Positions 57,214 through 59,659 of a stretch of 59,659 nucleotides of DNA are shown here, piece after piece; positions within the stretch are counted from its first letter, which is position 1; each line of letters begins with the position of its first letter. The notes beneath the pieces were generated by a model. The model was not told where the DNA came from. It made no database searches and saw only the letters and a program-made list of their open reading frames with translations. The position numbers and the translations under genes were made by a program. The stretch comes from Patescibacteria group bacterium (GTDB lineage Bacteria; Patescibacteriota; Minisyncoccia; Phycocordibacterales; PALSA-1337), in assembly GCA_024654575.1 (NCBI GenBank), contig JANLHG010000020.1:121991-181649 (forward strand), given 5' to 3'.

Positions 57214-58050
57214 ATGAACAAAATCGGTATTATGCAAGGCAGATTGACCCCTTCTCAAGGTCGTGGAATACAGTTTTTTCCCTTCGGCCACGGTGAATGG
57301 CAAGAAGAATTTGTAAAAGCTCAAAAATTAGGACTTTATGATATTGATTTTAATTTTGATTTAGAACGATATGAAGAAAATCCTCTTTGGACCAAAAAAG
57401 GTAGAGAGGAAATAAAAAATATTATAAAAAAAACCGGTGTTAAGGTGGATCATATTACTGCTGATTTTTTTATGCGTAGCCCTTTTTTTAGAGTTGATAA
57501 AAAAACACAAAAAGAAAATGAGAATATTTTTATAAAACTTGTAAAATATACAAATGAAATAGGTGTTAAAAATATAGAAATACCTATTTTAGATAATTCT
57601 TCAATCAGAACAGATGATGAACGAAAAATATTTATTGAATCAATGTCTCGTTCACTATCAAAAATACCGAAAAATATGACTATCAGTCTTGAAGCAGACC
57701 TTTCTCCAGCTGAATTATTAAAACTCATCAAAGAAATAGGAAGCTCTGTTTTTAAAATTGTCTATGATATTGGAAACAGAGTAGGATTAGGTTATAGCCC
57801 AGAAGATGAAATCTTGCTATTATATAAATATATAACTCACATACACATTAAAGATAAACCTTTTCAAGGTTCAACCATTCAGATAGGAACTGGTTCAGCT
57901 AAGTTTGACGAGATATTTTCTTCTTTAGCTTCAATTAATTTTAAAGGAAATTTTATTTTACAAGCAGCACGAGGTAAAGATGGTGAAGAAGAAAAGAATG
58001 TTTCTCGAGATATAAAATTTATAAAAAACCTTATACAAAAATATTTATAA
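57214..58050 (+). CDS. Sugar-phosphate isomerase/epimerase (xylose-isomerase-like TIM barrel)
   Basis: GIMQGRL, LE, YDIGN, HIKD, GTG. Confidence 0.85.
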   Translation: MNKIGIMQGRLTPSQGRGIQFFPFGHGEWQEEFVKAQKLGLYDIDFNFDLERYEENPLWTKKGREEIKNIIKKTGVKVDHITADFFMRSPFFRVDKKTQKENENIFIKLVKYTNEIGVKNIEIPILDNSSIRTDDERKIFIESMSRSLSKIPKNMTISLEADLSPAELLKLIKEIGSSVFKIVYDIGNRVGLGYSPEDEILLLYKYITHIHIKDKPFQGSTIQIGTGSAKFDEIFSSLASINFKGNFILQAARGKDGEEEKNVSRDIKFIKNLIQKYL

Positions 58051-58054
58051 AAAT

Positions 58055-58858
58055 ATGAAAAAAACATTAGAAAAATTCCAACTTAATGGTGCAATAGCTA
58101 TTATCACAGGAGGTGCTGGTCTTTTAGGACAAAGTCATGCAGAAGCTATTCTTGATGGAGGTGGTAAAGTGGTGCTTTTAGATATAAACAAAGAAATGCT
58201 TGATAAAAAAGTCACTTTACTTAAAGAAACTTACGGAGAAAATATTTGGGGATTTGTTTGTGATATAACCAAAGAAATTGAAATTGAAAAAATAGTAGAA
58301 AAAATTGAAAAAGAAATAAGCCATATCGGAATTCTTATTAATAACGCTGCAAACAATCCAAAAATAGAAAATGGCAAAGCTAGTTTTTCTCACCTTGAAA
58401 ATTTTCCAATAGATATGTGGGAAAAAGATATTGCTGTTGGCCTCACTGGTGCATATCTTATGAGTAAAATAGTAGGGCCAAGAATGGCAAAAAATGGTAA
58501 GGGAGTAATTTTGAATATTGCTTCTGATTTGGGAATCATTGCTCCAGACCAAAGATTATACGGAGATGCAGTAAAGCCCGTCACTTATTCCGTAGTTAAA
58601 CACGGACTGATAGGTCTTTCAAAATATTTAGCAACTTACTGGTCAGATAAAGGAGTTCGTTCAAATGCTGTGGCTTTCGGTGGTGTTTATAATAACCAAC
58701 CAGATGAATTTGTTTCCAAACTTTCTAAACTCATTCCTATGGGTAGAATGGCTACAATAGATGAATATAAGAGCATTGTGCTGTTTATGTGTTCCGATGC
58801 ATCATCATATATGACCGGCTCCACAGTAATTATAGATGGAGGAAGAACCTGCTGGTAA
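58055..58858 (+). CDS. SDR oxidoreductase (PtmA-like)
   Basis: TGGAGLLG, NNAA, SDLG, YSVVK (YxxxK), GGV, DGG. Confidence 0.92.
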   Translation: MKKTLEKFQLNGAIAIITGGAGLLGQSHAEAILDGGGKVVLLDINKEMLDKKVTLLKETYGENIWGFVCDITKEIEIEKIVEKIEKEISHIGILINNAANNPKIENGKASFSHLENFPIDMWEKDIAVGLTGAYLMSKIVGPRMAKNGKGVILNIASDLGIIAPDQRLYGDAVKPVTYSVVKHGLIGLSKYLATYWSDKGVRSNAVAFGGVYNNQPDEFVSKLSKLIPMGRMATIDEYKSIVLFMCSDASSYMTGSTVIIDGGRTCW

Positions 58859-58865
58859 TAATTTA

Positions 58866-58899
58866 ATAAAAAGAGCCCCCGCAAAAAATGCGGAGGCTC
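58866..58899 (-). terminator. Terminator of the GC-rich edge gene
   Basis: GAGCCTCCGCA-TTTTT-TGCGGGGGCTC then TTTTT on the minus strand. Confidence 0.75.
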
Positions 58900-58940
58900 A
58901 AGAAGTCAAGAGAGACAAGCCCTCAAGAGTTCAAGAATCA

Positions 58941-59657
58941 CTACTTCCTGGCAGCCGACAAGCCGATGCTGTCATGGCGGTAGTCGTCGCTCCAGCCGCC
59001 GATGAAGAGACCCTTGGCATCGAAGCCGCCGACGTGGACGCGGTGACCGTCCGAGCCGAGATCGACACAGCGAGCGTAGACCTTCTCGAGCAAACGTTCC
59101 TCAGTGGCGAGAAAGAGGCCGACCATGGTGTAAACCATTATCCGAGCAGTCGGCGTTTCCTCGTCTTTCGAGAGGAGTTCCTGCTGTTCGTTCCACGTCT
59201 TCGAGGTCGAGTTGGCGATAGGTTCCTTACGGACCAACTGCCAGCCGACTTCGCCCTTGTCCTTGGCAAACGCCTGCTTGTCATACCAGTCCTGTGAGTA
59301 AAACAGGGTCTGGTCGGACTGCTTCTTGACGATGCCACGGATGTCGAGGATCGACAGCGGGAACACGGCGACGAGAATGTGAGTGTCCTTGCAGGACTTC
59401 AGCACTTCCTCGCTGAACGGAACCTCGGACAAGTAGGCGAGCTGTTGCTTCGAATGGTTAACCCCGAAGTGTCTGATCGCTTCCTCGATACCAAAGTAGT
59501 TCGTGCCCATGATCTCGCGAGCGAGTTTCTGCGACGTCGACGGATCGTATCCGCCATTAGCCATGAATCGTGCGATGTTCGCCACGAACAGAGGGTCGGT
59601 GTTGATCCGAGTTGCAACTTCGTCGGCGTTCTCACCGACTGCAACCCAGAGACGTTG
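58941..59657 (-). CDS. 5'-truncated GC-rich gene; probable C-type-lectin-fold DGR target protein
   Basis: Frame stays open to the window edge (QRLWVAVGEN...); C-terminus HRVHVGGFDAKGLFIGGWSDDYRHDSIGLSAARK built mainly from NNC codons. Confidence 0.7.
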   Translation of the reverse strand, partial: QRLWVAVGENADEVATRINTDPLFVANIARFMANGGYDPSTSQKLAREIMGTNYFGIEEAIRHFGVNHSKQQLAYLSEVPFSEEVLKSCKDTHILVAVFPLSILDIRGIVKKQSDQTLFYSQDWYDKQAFAKDKGEVGWQLVRKEPIANSTSKTWNEQQELLSKDEETPTARIMVYTMVGLFLATEERLLEKVYARCVDLGSDGHRVHVGGFDAKGLFIGGWSDDYRHDSIGLSAARK

Positions 59658-59659
59658 GC

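Noticed and set aside
1732-58884. The many 60-115 aa ORFs overlapping housekeeping genes
   Set aside because: Antisense or alternative-frame shadows with no start signals or motifs
59500-59520. PSTSQK peptide as another copy of the PSTSSG repeat
   Set aside because: The DNA (ccgtcgacgtcgcagaaa) does not match the 24-bp element
58836-59644. ORFs 58836-59297 (+), 59138-59338 (-) and 59399-59644 (-)
   Set aside because: Shadow frames of the GC-rich gene; few stop codons are expected at high GC
1-59659. CRISPR array, rRNA, IS transposase, integrase, reverse transcriptase
   Set aside because: No regularly spaced repeats, rRNA-like sequence, or DDE/HUH/Tyr/Ser recombinase or RT motifs were seen

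Overview
AT-rich bacterial chromosome segment that reads like a Patescibacteria/CPR (Parcubacteria-like) genome. The supporting features are compact rpoB/rpoC, a split transketolase, a short EF-Ts, a monomeric PheRS and near-leaderless genes; TGA is used as stop, so code 11. The backbone is housekeeping: ftsQ, serS, dprA, topA, mraZ-rsmH-ftsL-ftsI-murF, rpoBC-greA-lysS, rpsP-khpA-trmD, a pentose-phosphate/glycolysis block, gyrB, rpsB-tsf, zwf, secA, obgE and murB. There are three tRNAs (Glu-CTC, Thr-TGT, Ala-TGC), each with accessory genes attached, and a nonulosonic-acid/surface-glycan cluster at 47.8-58.9 kb. Main observations: (1) a GIY-YIG gene sits between a duplicated 5' 20 nt of tRNA-Thr and the intact tRNA, and the duplicate is interrupted by a 36-bp palindrome; (2) related short palindromic repeats are inserted in-frame in topA, rpsP and a dehydrogenase; (3) a GC-rich gene at the right edge ends in what looks like a DGR variable repeat, with no RT or TR in the window; (4) an apparently promoterless cassette flanked by direct repeats lies next to tRNA-Ala; (5) the Ddl homolog has lost its D-Ala-binding loops. 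All family calls come from motif recognition. No searches were run, and GC statements are by eye.
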